64,000 nucleotides of DNA from Actinomycetota bacterium (lineage in GTDB: Bacteria; Actinomycetota; Actinomycetes; Actinomycetales; Angustibacteraceae), in contig JBOFBH010000012.1 of assembly GCA_051645425.1 (NCBI GenBank), positions 35,472 to 99,471 of the forward strand, in the 5' to 3' direction. A program made the position numbers and the translations under genes. Shown piece by piece: positions 56,022 through 64,000 of the stretch; the stretch's first letter is position 1, and every line of letters starts with the position of its first letter. The notes under the pieces are model-generated. The model had not been told where the DNA came from. It did not search any database and saw only the letters and a program-made list of their open reading frames with translations.

Positions 56022-57386
56022 GTGGGTAGGACAAAAAAAGTTTTTGGGAGCACTCCGATTACAAAACCAATTTTAAGTGACAGATCAGTGACTAGTCGTC
56101 AAGTATTGACTTTAGCTTTACCTGCTTTTTTCACCTTGACCGCAGAGCCGCTTTTTCTCATGTGCGACGCCGCCATCATTGGTCACCTTGGAGTGACATC
56201 ATTGGCCGGGTTCGGGCTCGCTTCAACCGTTCTTACTGGGCTGGTCGGTCTCTTTGTTTTCCTTGCCTATGGAACAACCGCCACCGTCGCACGTCACACC
56301 GGAGCGGGACTCATCAGCCAAGCGTCACAGCGTGGAATTGACGGTGGATGGTTATCGCTTTTTCTTGGCCTCCTCGTCGGAGTCACCCTGGCCGCAGGGG
56401 CAGTTCCGATCACCGCTGTTTTTGGCGCACCCAACGAAGTAACCGAAGGGGCAGTAACTTACCTGCGTTTTTCAGCGCTCGGGCTCCCCGGCATGTTCGT
56501 TGCATTAGCAGCCAGCGGTGTGCTGCGTGGCTTCCGTGACACATGGACACCACTGGTTGTAGCAATGGTGGGATTCGCCGTAAACGCTGTCGCGAATGCG
56601 CTGCTGGTCTACGGGACAGACCTCGGCATCGTAGGGTCAGCACTAGGAACTGCGGCTGCCCACACTGGCATGGGAAGCGCGCTCGCCATCGTCGTTATTC
56701 GAAAGCACCGACGACTTGGTGGCACTCTTTGCCCGCGCTTGGGGGCGATCTGGAACGCCGCTCACAGCAGTGTTCCCTTATTGGTCCGTACTGTGGGAGT
56801 CCGAGGTGCTGTCATTCTCACGGCATGGGTTGCCGTTTCCGGCGGGGAGATCACACTCGCCGCATATCACGTGTCAGCGACCGTCTGGACTTTCTTCGCG
56901 TTTGCGCTGGACGGGTTAGCAATCGCCGCACAAGCACTGATTGGGCACGCACTCGGCGCAGGTGACCGCGAACGGGCCCGCGCGGTCACGAAACTTCTCA
57001 CCACCTGGGGCATCGGATCAGGGGTCGCATTCGGTGGTCTGTTGATTGCAAGCCACCGTGTGTTACCCGATCTTTTTACTGGTGACCCCGCACTCCACGA
57101 TGCCATCGCAGGAGCATTGCTCATCGTCGGGATTCACCAACCGTTATGCGGACTCGTGTTCGCACTGGATGGCATTCTCATTGGTGCTGGCGATCATCGT
57201 TTTCTTGGCATAGCAATGATCGGGTCAGTGCTTCTCTACCTACCCATAGCACTGGTGGTTCGCTCCCAACCAGCGACGCCCACCTCAGTGTGGTGGGCAT
57301 TTATTATCTTCATGACGGCACGGGCCCTCATGATGCAATTACGAGCTGGGAGTTCCCGGTGGATGCGGTTGGGGGTGTCTGTCTAG
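56022..57386 (+). CDS. MATE family efflux transporter (DinF-like)
   Basis: 12 TMs and RQVLTLALPAFFTLTAEPLF. The true start may be GTG 56088, since the first 22 codons are AT-rich and atypical. Confidence 0.85.
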   Translation: MGRTKKVFGSTPITKPILSDRSVTSRQVLTLALPAFFTLTAEPLFLMCDAAIIGHLGVTSLAGFGLASTVLTGLVGLFVFLAYGTTATVARHTGAGLISQASQRGIDGGWLSLFLGLLVGVTLAAGAVPITAVFGAPNEVTEGAVTYLRFSALGLPGMFVALAASGVLRGFRDTWTPLVVAMVGFAVNAVANALLVYGTDLGIVGSALGTAAAHTGMGSALAIVVIRKHRRLGGTLCPRLGAIWNAAHSSVPLLVRTVGVRGAVILTAWVAVSGGEITLAAYHVSATVWTFFAFALDGLAIAAQALIGHALGAGDRERARAVTKLLTTWGIGSGVAFGGLLIASHRVLPDLFTGDPALHDAIAGALLIVGIHQPLCGLVFALDGILIGAGDHRFLGIAMIGSVLLYLPIALVVRSQPATPTSVWWAFIIFMTARALMMQLRAGSSRWMRLGVSV

Positions 57387-57436
57387 TACCCACCGGGAAC
57401 CGGAGATAAGCGCATTAAGCCACTTACTTCACTTTG

Positions 57437-57883
57437 TCAGTTGGGCACGACATCAAGCGTGACGGTCGCAGAGACCTCCGGATGCAACCGGACGCTAACC
57501 ACGTGCTCACCTACCACCTTGATGGGGTGACCCAACTCAATTTTGCGTCGATCCAGTTCAGGACCGCCACCTGCTGTTACCGCCGCCGCGACATCAGCGG
57601 TGGTCACGGCACCGAACAACCTGCCGTTGGCACCTGCCTGTGCTGGTAGCGCCACCGCCCCAGACTCCAGGCGAGCCTTCACAGATTGAGCCTGCTCTAG
57701 AGTGGCGATTTCGCGGCTGGCGCGAGCCTGACGGATGGCGTCTACTTGCTTTTGACCACCTTTAGTCCAAGGAGTAGCAAGGGATCGAGGCAACAAGAAG
57801 TTGCGGCCATACCCGTCTTTGACGTCAACGATGTCACCTGGCGCACCAAGGCCAGTGACTTCTGACGTGAGGATGAGTTTCAT
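57437..57883 (-). CDS. rplI: 50S ribosomal protein L9
   Basis: [33 protein letters not shown]. Confidence 0.97.
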   Translation of the reverse strand: MKLILTSEVTGLGAPGDIVDVKDGYGRNFLLPRSLATPWTKGGQKQVDAIRQARASREIATLEQAQSVKARLESGAVALPAQAGANGRLFGAVTTADVAAAVTAGGGPELDRRKIELGHPIKVVGEHVVSVRLHPEVSATVTLDVVPN

Positions 57884-57899
57884 CGGAAGAACCCCCTTC

Positions 57900-58136
57900 T
57901 CAGCGGCTGGAGCTGGAGTAGGGCAACAACGCCATCTCGCGCGCGTTTTTCACCGCGGCGGCGATTTGCTGTTGCTGTTGGACTGACACACCAGTGACTC
58001 GGCGGGCGCGAATCTTGCCCCGATCGGAAATGAACTTCCGTAACAGGGCGGTGTCCTTGTAGTCGATGTACCCGACCTTTGCACTGGTCAGTGGGTTCGA
58101 CTTTTTCTTAGGTTTGCGAACGACTGGCTTGGCCAT
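57900..58136 (-). CDS. rpsR: 30S ribosomal protein S18
   Basis: [26 protein letters not shown]. Confidence 0.97.
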   Translation of the reverse strand: MAKPVVRKPKKKSNPLTSAKVGYIDYKDTALLRKFISDRGKIRARRVTGVSVQQQQQIAAAVKNAREMALLPYSSSSR

Positions 58137-58201
58137 CGTGGTGCTCCCCTTTCGTGGAGCCCGAGTCTCCTATGACTCGGGATGGTCGGAATAGGAATGA
58201 A

Positions 58202-58696
58202 CTAAAAAGGTGGTTCGTCGGTAAAACCGCCGGCAGCACCAGCGCTCTCTGCCGAACCGGACGGACCAGTAGCCCACGGATCCGCTTGAGCATTACCAGC
58301 ACCGCCGCCCCAGCCACCACCAGCACCACCGCGTTGAACTTTGCTGATCTTCGCGGTTGCCCGACGGAGGGAGGGGCCGATTTCATCAACCTGCATTTCA
58401 GTGACGGTGCGTTTTTCACCCTCGCGGGTCTCGTACGACCGCGACTGCAATCGGCCTTGAGCGATGACTGCCGTGCCACGAGTCAAAGATTCAGCGACGT
58501 TCTCCGCTGCTTCGCGCCAAATCGAGCACCGCATAAATAACGTTTCGCCGTCCTTCCATTCGTTTGCCTGGCGGTCAAACGAGCGTGGCGTGGACGCAAT
58601 CGTGAAGTTTGCCACTGCCGCGCCGGACGGGGTGAACCGAAGCTCCGGGTCGGCGGTGAGGTTACCGACGATGGTGATGACGGTGTCGCCTGCCAA
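58202..58696 (-). CDS. ssb: Single-stranded DNA-binding protein
   Basis: [29 protein letters not shown], a Gly-rich tail and the terminal DEPPF. Confidence 0.97.
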   Translation of the reverse strand: MAGDTVITIVGNLTADPELRFTPSGAAVANFTIASTPRSFDRQANEWKDGETLFMRCSIWREAAENVAESLTRGTAVIAQGRLQSRSYETREGEKRTVTEMQVDEIGPSLRRATAKISKVQRGGAGGGWGGGAGNAQADPWATGPSGSAESAGAAGGFTDEPPF

Positions 58697-58724
58697 TGAC
58701 TTGCCCTTCGTCGTACTGGATGGG

Positions 58725-59015
58725 TCAGCGCACCTCAGGCCGGATCAGCTTGGTGCGCATCACGGATTCGTTGAGCCCAAGCTGGCGATCTAACTCTTGG
58801 GCAACTTCAGGAGTGGCTTGCATATCGATGACGGCGTAAATGCCTTCAGACTTTTTGTTGATCTCATAAGCAAGGCGACGGCGACCCCAAATGTCAACGT
58901 TGTCAACCGTCCCACCGCCTTGTCGAACGACATTAAGAAATGTGTCAAGGCTCGGAGCGACAGTGCGCTCCTCAAGATCAGGGTCAAGGATCACCATAAG
59001 TTCGTAGTGACGCAT
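58725..59015 (-). CDS. rpsF: 30S ribosomal protein S6
   Basis: [17 protein letters not shown], from ATG 59015 preceded by GAGGAGG. Confidence 0.95.
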   Translation of the reverse strand: MRHYELMVILDPDLEERTVAPSLDTFLNVVRQGGGTVDNVDIWGRRRLAYEINKKSEGIYAVIDMQATPEVAQELDRQLGLNESVMRTKLIRPEVR

Positions 59016-59192
59016 GCGCAGACCTGCCTCCTCTGGACTCAAGCGGCCCCGGGCTTTCCGGGGCAGGAGGTCTGATAAACGCCGGTCAAGGTGACCGACT
59101 TGAAAAGACTACCGGGTGCACGCGACGGATTCGAATCGTCGTCCACAGCAGAAGACCTTACGAACACTAGGTCGCCGGGGTCTCGTCAGGAC

Positions 59193-59435
59193 TTAGCCCA
59201 AAGGATGCAGCGAAGACGCGGCGGCCCGAGCGGCAGGAATCACCAGTGCCGGACCAGTGCGGTCGTCAATGCGAGCGTTCGCCGCAAGCCGCTGCACCGC
59301 GTAAATTGCCGCCAGGACGGCGTCTTTACTGGGGTAGCCCTGGCTTGCGGCAATCACTTTCCCTTCACCGTTGTTGAGGCTCCACCGATATTCGCCCCGA
59401 ATGTTTTCGTGTACCTCGAACGTAGCTGGCATCAT
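59193..59435 (-). CDS. YegP/UPF0339 (DUF1508) family small protein
   Basis: FEVHENIRGEYRWSLNNGEGKVIAASQGYPSKDAVLAAI. ATG 59435 follows GGGGAGGAG. Confidence 0.75.
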   Translation of the reverse strand: MMPATFEVHENIRGEYRWSLNNGEGKVIAASQGYPSKDAVLAAIYAVQRLAANARIDDRTGPALVIPAARAAASSLHPLG

Positions 59436-59586
59436 GCTCTCCTCCCCCTGCTGGACTTGACCTCTCAAGGCTAAGTGATCCTGGGCCCCACCAGCGGTTT
59501 TGTTGGCCCTTGACTTCTGGGCCAGAACCTGAGGTAACGGCTACAGACCGACTGGCTCGGCATATGATCGTATTGCCTGCCTTGAG

Positions 59587-60213
59587 TCAGGGTGAGTTGA
59601 AAGAACGAGCAAGAAATAAGGCATCCCGGACAGTGCGTTCGGCGATGTTGGTGTTTATCGAACGTCGTTCTATTAGCACCGCGAAGAACACTGGGGCGGC
59701 AATTGATCGCATCACTTCCATTGGGTCCGTCTCTGCTGGGAGCTGCCCGCAGGCGATGGCCTCCTGAATTCGTGGGGTAATCATGCGAAGTCGGTGGTTC
59801 CAGTAGTCGCGGGCAAGGCCAGTGATGTCATCGTGGGGCATCGCAGCCACTAAAGCGCGAGTCACCGCGCTCTCAAGTGGGGAAGACAGCAAGGTGACAA
59901 CTGATCGGGTCAACGTGATGAGGTCGGCTTCGATGTCACCGGAATCTGGCACGACGAGAGTGGCGGCTAGTCGCTCACGTAAAGCGTCACGAATCAGATC
60001 GACTCGGGCAGGCCATCGGCGGTAGATGGTGGTTTTGTGCACACCAGCTCGGGCGGACACCGCCTCAATACTCACCCCCGCGAGCCCCGATTCAGCCAGA
60101 AGTTCAAGCACAGCGGATAACACTGCGGCTTTAACTCTGGCCGCGCGCCCACCCGGACGAATTGATCCCACCTCAGAACCTTGGCGCAGCAAGGTTTTCG
60201 GCACTTCACCCAT
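59587..60213 (-). CDS. TetR family transcriptional regulator
   Basis: HTH SIEAVSARAGVHKTTIYRRWP. It is divergent from the SRPBCC gene. Confidence 0.88.
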   Translation of the reverse strand: MGEVPKTLLRQGSEVGSIRPGGRAARVKAAVLSAVLELLAESGLAGVSIEAVSARAGVHKTTIYRRWPARVDLIRDALRERLAATLVVPDSGDIEADLITLTRSVVTLLSSPLESAVTRALVAAMPHDDITGLARDYWNHRLRMITPRIQEAIACGQLPAETDPMEVMRSIAAPVFFAVLIERRSINTNIAERTVRDALFLARSFNSP

Positions 60214-60303
60214 GAAGTAACTATCGCATCTTTTGGTTGCGTTAAAAGAGACGGTCCCCTACGATCCTAATCGCAACTATTCAATGCTTTTAAGGGGCCG
60301 TCC

Positions 60304-60765
60304 ATGTCTCGCTCAATTGAATCCACTATCACCATCGCCGCCGCTCCAGCACACGTCTGGGCCATTCTCACTAATTTTGCGGCATATCCAACCTGGAACG
60401 AGTTCATCACGAACATCACCGGCCCCCTCCATTCAGGGGCGCGCCTGAACGTGCGGATTAAACCCCCGCAAAGCCGCGGAATGACCTTTACTCCCACCAT
60501 AAAAATTGTTGATGAGGCCCGGCATCTGAGTTGGCTGGGACGCTTCGTCGTTCCAGGACTTTTCGACGGAACTCACGAGTTTCTTCTCACCCCGAAGGGC
60601 CCTGATCAGACCCAATTCACTCAACGAGAAACATTTCGTGGCGTATTAGTCCCAGCATTAAGTCGCACCCTGAGACACACTTCCGAAGGATTCGCGTTGT
60701 TCAACCAAGCACTGAAGAAACGCGCCGAAAGTACGGCAAAGCCCTCAACGCTCAACCACGCGTGA
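60304..60765 (+). CDS. SRPBCC (START/Bet v1-like) family protein
   Basis: SIESTITIAAAPAHVWAILTNFAAYPTWNEF. Confidence 0.8.
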   Translation: MSRSIESTITIAAAPAHVWAILTNFAAYPTWNEFITNITGPLHSGARLNVRIKPPQSRGMTFTPTIKIVDEARHLSWLGRFVVPGLFDGTHEFLLTPKGPDQTQFTQRETFRGVLVPALSRTLRHTSEGFALFNQALKKRAESTAKPSTLNHA

Positions 60766-60927
60766 AGACTACTTCAGGGAATAGACTCGGCCGTTCATGA
60801 TGTTCCGATCCTGTGGAATCTTCGATAACTGAGAGACTTGCAGCGATCGACGCCGCACGCCAATCACGACCAAGAAGCCGTAAACCCCGCCACGAAATCG
60901 CCTTCAATGGCCAGTTTGGTGCCAACA

Positions 60928-62766
60928 TCACCACCTAAGCTCAGGGCGGTAAATGTCCAACCACACGCTCAGATCCAGAATTCGTTCCATTCCATTACGC
61001 ACCTCAATGGGCATGGCGGTTGAGTCTTGTCGCGTCGTGTCCTCAAGCCATTGGCGGTCAGCCAGTTCGAAAACTGGGTTATCGGCGGCAAGAAGATCCC
61101 GTGACTGTTGAACCAGTGCGGCGGCATACCTCGGGTCTGGTATGACCGGGTAGGGAACCTTCACCCGGTCTACCACTGACCGCGGGAGCAGATCCGCTGA
61201 CGCAGCCCGAAGAAGGCTCTTTTCCCTGCCGTCGAACGTTTTGAATGCCCACGGGGTGTTGTAGACATACTCGACGAGCCGGTGATCACAAAAGGGCACT
61301 CTCACTTCTAAACCGACCGCCATGCTGAGGCGGTCTTTACGCTCCAACAGCATCCGAACGAAACGGGTCACATGCAGATAGCACGCCACTCGCATGGTCT
61401 TCTCTTCAATACTTTCGTTCGCAAGAAAATCGACCTCAGCGACCGCACTGTTGTACTGATCACGGATGTACTCGGGCAGATCGAGGGCGGTGGTGAGCTC
61501 ACTAGTGAATCGGCCCGAGAGGCGCGCTCGCTCACCGCTGACAAAAACCCCCAACCACGGAAAGGTCCGCTCGGTGCGCACTTCCGGTTGGTGGAACCAC
61601 CGGTACCCACCAAAAACCTCATCAGCAGACTCACCCGAAAGCGCGACCGTGGAGCGCTCACGAACAGCTCGAAACAGTAAGTACAGGGACGCGTCCATGT
61701 CACCAAGACTGAGTGGGCTGTCCCGAGCAGTGATGACCGCGCGACGCACCGCCGGGTCAGCCAGCTCAGCATGATCAAGTATCACGGCTTCATGATCCGA
61801 ACCAACATGTGCGGCGACATCTAACGCAAACGGCGCGTCTGAGGTGGCCCGAAAATCATCAGGAACAAAGTCGCCTTCTCTCCCAACGAAATCCACTGCG
61901 AAACTGCGTACTGATTGCCCACCATGACCGCGCTTCGCCGCAGCCAATGCGGTGATAACACTGGAGTCCAACCCGCCCGAAAGCAAAGTGCACAACGGCA
62001 CGTCGGACACGAGTTGGCGGTCAACGATGTCCGCCAAAAGTGCCCGCACATGCGCAACGGTCACCGGTAGATCATCGGCGTGCGCGAGGGTTTGCAGCGT
62101 CCAGTAGCGGCGTTCCCGCAGGCCGGTGCGGTCAACGGAAACTACCCCACCTGAGGGCACCTCACGCATGCCACACCACAGCGAACTGCCCGGTTGCTGA
62201 GTGAGACTGAACAGCCCGCGGAGACCGTCGAGGTCAATCGCGCGCTCCGTCAAAGGGTTTGCATGAATCGCTTTCGGTTCGGAGCCGAACAACACGCCAT
62301 CATCGGTTGGGTAAAAGTACAGCGGCTTAACGCCTAAGCGGTCTCGAATCAATACCAACGTGTCGATTCTGTTGTCCCACAACGCGAACGCGTACATGCC
62401 ATTCAACCGTTCGGCGATTCCTTCGCCCCATTCCAAGTACCCGCGGAGCACCACCTCGGTGTCGCAACGGGTCTCGAAATGGTGGCCTCGCGTACCCAGC
62501 TCTCGTCGAAGTTCAGTGGAGTTGTACACCTCACCGCTGTACGTGAGCACCACAGACCCATCGTGAGTATCAACCGACATGGGTTGGGTGCCACCCTCAA
62601 TGTCGATCACTGCGAGACGGCGGTGCCCAAGCGCCGCGTGGTGCCCCAGCCAACGACCTTCGGCATCCGGACCCCGGCATGCCATCGTCGCGGTCATGGC
62701 GCCCACCTCAACCTGATGGCGGGTTAGGTCTCGGTGAAACGACACCCACCCAGTAATGCCGCACAT
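60928..62766 (-). CDS. asnB: Asparagine synthase (glutamine-hydrolysing)
   Basis: N-terminal nucleophile MCGITG, RGPD, and the PP-loop LLSGGLDSS. Confidence 0.95.
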   Translation of the reverse strand: MCGITGWVSFHRDLTRHQVEVGAMTATMACRGPDAEGRWLGHHAALGHRRLAVIDIEGGTQPMSVDTHDGSVVLTYSGEVYNSTELRRELGTRGHHFETRCDTEVVLRGYLEWGEGIAERLNGMYAFALWDNRIDTLVLIRDRLGVKPLYFYPTDDGVLFGSEPKAIHANPLTERAIDLDGLRGLFSLTQQPGSSLWCGMREVPSGGVVSVDRTGLRERRYWTLQTLAHADDLPVTVAHVRALLADIVDRQLVSDVPLCTLLSGGLDSSVITALAAAKRGHGGQSVRSFAVDFVGREGDFVPDDFRATSDAPFALDVAAHVGSDHEAVILDHAELADPAVRRAVITARDSPLSLGDMDASLYLLFRAVRERSTVALSGESADEVFGGYRWFHQPEVRTERTFPWLGVFVSGERARLSGRFTSELTTALDLPEYIRDQYNSAVAEVDFLANESIEEKTMRVACYLHVTRFVRMLLERKDRLSMAVGLEVRVPFCDHRLVEYVYNTPWAFKTFDGREKSLLRAASADLLPRSVVDRVKVPYPVIPDPRYAAALVQQSRDLLAADNPVFELADRQWLEDTTRQDSTAMPIEVRNGMERILDLSVWLDIYRPELRW

Positions 62767-62979
62767 CGTTATCGAACTCCGCGTCTAGTCTGATCAGAGC
62801 CAGTAAGTGAACGGCTCAGTGCTTCAGTTATGCGGTAGCGATGCAGAATTTGAAGGAATTCAGCTTGGTACTTCAGCTCCTCAATGATGGCGACGCTCCC
62901 CAACCTGTCAGCTTTGAACTTCCTGATCAGCATGACGGAGTAATGCTACGGCGGTATTCGTCTCATTCGCGGTCTCCAC

Positions 62980-62998
62980 GGCCGCGCTGATCGCGGCC
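62980..62998 (-). terminator. Hairpin immediately after the AbiEii-like stop
   Basis: GGCCGCG-5 nt-CGCGGCC. It marks the left limit of the very GC-rich segment. Confidence 0.45.
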
Positions 62999-63763
62999 TC
63001 AAGGTAGTTCAGCTCCATCATCGTTCCGTCCCCTGTCCTCGTCCGTACTCCAGCGGCCGGCACGCCGCCCCCGTGCGACTTGCGGGCTGCGAGGTGCGCG
63101 CACGACGTCGCGGGTGCGGCCCGGGAACGCGGCCCGCACCGCCGACAAGTCCTCGGACATTCCGGCCGGCGTCGTGGCCGGCCGCTCCTGGTCCCCCTCC
63201 GACGCTGCTCGCTCCCCCGCTCGCGCCGGGTCGATCTGGGCCGCCCACTGGCCGAACCGCTCGACGATCGCCTCGCGGGTGTCGGCCAGCGCGAGGACGT
63301 CCTCCCCGCTGAACCGGCCCGAGGTCACCACGGTGTCGATGTCGATGAAGTCGCGGACCTCGCCCCGAGAGAACAACGCGGTCATCTTGTTCGCCACGGC
63401 GTCGCGCTCGTTCAGGACGGGACCGATGTCCAGCCGCGCCGGCGGGAACTCACGGTAGTCCCACCCGAGTTGAAGCTCGCTGGACTCCCCCGTCGCCGCG
63501 TCATGCACGTCGAGGTTCACGAACAGGTCCGCGCGAGTGCGCACACTCACCGTCAGGCCGTCGCGCTCGTAGGCGGCCGTCAGCTCGTCGACGGCCTGCG
63601 TGAAGTTCTCCGGGGACATGTCCTTCGTGAACAGGTCGACGTCCATCGACGGGCGGTCGCCGAACCCGTTGGCCGACAGCGCGTAGCCCCCGGCCAGGGC
63701 GAACCCGTGCTGCTCGGTGACGGCAAGCCCTATGCGGGCGATCCGCTCGTGGATCTCCTTCAC
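62999..63763 (-). CDS. AbiEii/AbiGii-family nucleotidyltransferase (type IV toxin-like)
   Basis: GFALAGGYALSANGFGDRPSMDVDLFT is the NTase GG..(n)D.D motif, followed by RDFIDIDTV. The third codon positions are almost entirely G/C, unlike the neighbouring genes. Confidence 0.78.
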   Translation of the reverse strand: MKEIHERIARIGLAVTEQHGFALAGGYALSANGFGDRPSMDVDLFTKDMSPENFTQAVDELTAAYERDGLTVSVRTRADLFVNLDVHDAATGESSELQLGWDYREFPPARLDIGPVLNERDAVANKMTALFSRGEVRDFIDIDTVVTSGRFSGEDVLALADTREAIVERFGQWAAQIDPARAGERAASEGDQERPATTPAGMSEDLSAVRAAFPGRTRDVVRAPRSPQVARGRRAGRWSTDEDRGRNDDGAELP

Positions 63764-63769
63764 GAGCCG

Positions 63770-64000
63770 CTACACGGCCAGAGCACGCACGGGCAAGGCG
63801 CGCAGCTCGGCGAACTTCGCCGTCCAAGTCTCCCGGCACCGCTTGGGCAAGTTCAGGTCCGGCCACAACCGCACCAGCGTCGTCCGGTCCAACAACGCGG
63901 CCTGCTCGTCGGCGTACCCGTCACGAACGATCGCGCTGTACGCCGTCCACAACCCGCTCGGACTGTCCAAGTTGTACGTCGGCGTCGGAGCAGTATTAAT
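63770..64000 (-). CDS. Upstream partner ORF of the AbiEii-like gene (antitoxin position), 5' end outside the window
   Basis: The frame is open from the window edge to TAG at 63770, 6 nt before the AbiEii-like start. It is equally GC-rich. No motif recognised. Confidence 0.4.
   Translation of the reverse strand: MNTAPTPTYNLDSPSGLWTAYSAIVRDGYADEQAALLDRTTLVRLWPDLNLPKRCRETWTAKFAELRALPVRALAV

Noticed and set aside
55733-56087. A possible oriC, suggested by the AT-rich region with DnaA-box-like motifs next to dnaB
   Set aside because: There are only three degenerate half-box matches and no dnaA, dnaN or rpmH nearby. In actinobacteria dnaB with rpsF-ssb-rpsR-rplI lies near but not at oriC. I kept it only as a low-interest regulatory observation.
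62769-62933. A 54-aa minus-strand ORF (MLIRKFKADRLGSVAIIEELKYQAEFLQILHRYRITEAL...) ending 2 nt before the asnB start
   Set aside because: It has no SD and no recognisable motif. A 50-aa ORF on the opposite strand is equally plausible, and the spacer probably holds the asnB promoter. I did not call it, but it is worth rechecking if the adjacent island turns out to be a defence locus.
1-64000. CRISPR arrays, rRNA genes and further tRNAs
   Set aside because: Reading the intergenic regions showed no regularly spaced short repeats, no rRNA-like sequence and no additional cloverleaf candidates. Only tRNA-Gly at 24104-24177 is supported.

Overview
This is a chromosomal segment from a moderately high-GC Gram-positive bacterium; gene order and motifs are Actinomycetota-like. 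All family assignments come from reading the supplied translations and my own translations, with no searches run.

Most of the window is conserved housekeeping:
- the dnaK-grpE-dnaJ-hspR operon with HAIR operators
- a TPP-riboswitch-controlled ykoEDC-type ECF thiamine-precursor importer
- a fused PabA/PabB, dcd and tRNA-Gly(CCC)
- a branched-chain/pyruvate-type 2-oxoacid dehydrogenase E1alpha-E1beta-E2 operon, a CopD/CtaG fusion and NDH-2
- purB, several aminotransferases, a TlpA-like protein with CcdA, and asnB
- dnaB and rpsF-ssb-rpsR-rplI

Five places do not look like core genome:
1. A roughly 2.1-kb lower-GC cassette at 27084-29172 is bracketed by perfect 69-bp direct repeats. It carries a secreted (QxW)3 ricin-type lectin preceded by a C12 tract, plus a DUF2079-like polytopic membrane protein. 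It sits between two convergent genes, and each keeps its 3' end through one repeat copy.
2. A lower-GC block at about 47.2-51.2 kb holds an ECF sigma gene split across two frames, an intact anti-sigma-like membrane protein, and a secreted lysyl-oxidase-like gene split across three frames.
3. A translationally coupled ApbE / ferric-reductase-domain / NuoF-like / ferredoxin module has no recognisable flavinylation substrate next to it.
4. A putative zinc module consists of a permease, a His-rich TIGR03943-like partner, and a COG0523/CobW-like protein with a degenerate P-loop behind a Fur/Zur-type palindrome.
5. At the right edge the composition jumps sharply to very high GC, in a segment carrying an AbiEii-type nucleotidyltransferase toxin operon that runs out of the window.

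No CRISPR array, rRNA, transposase or integrase was recognised.
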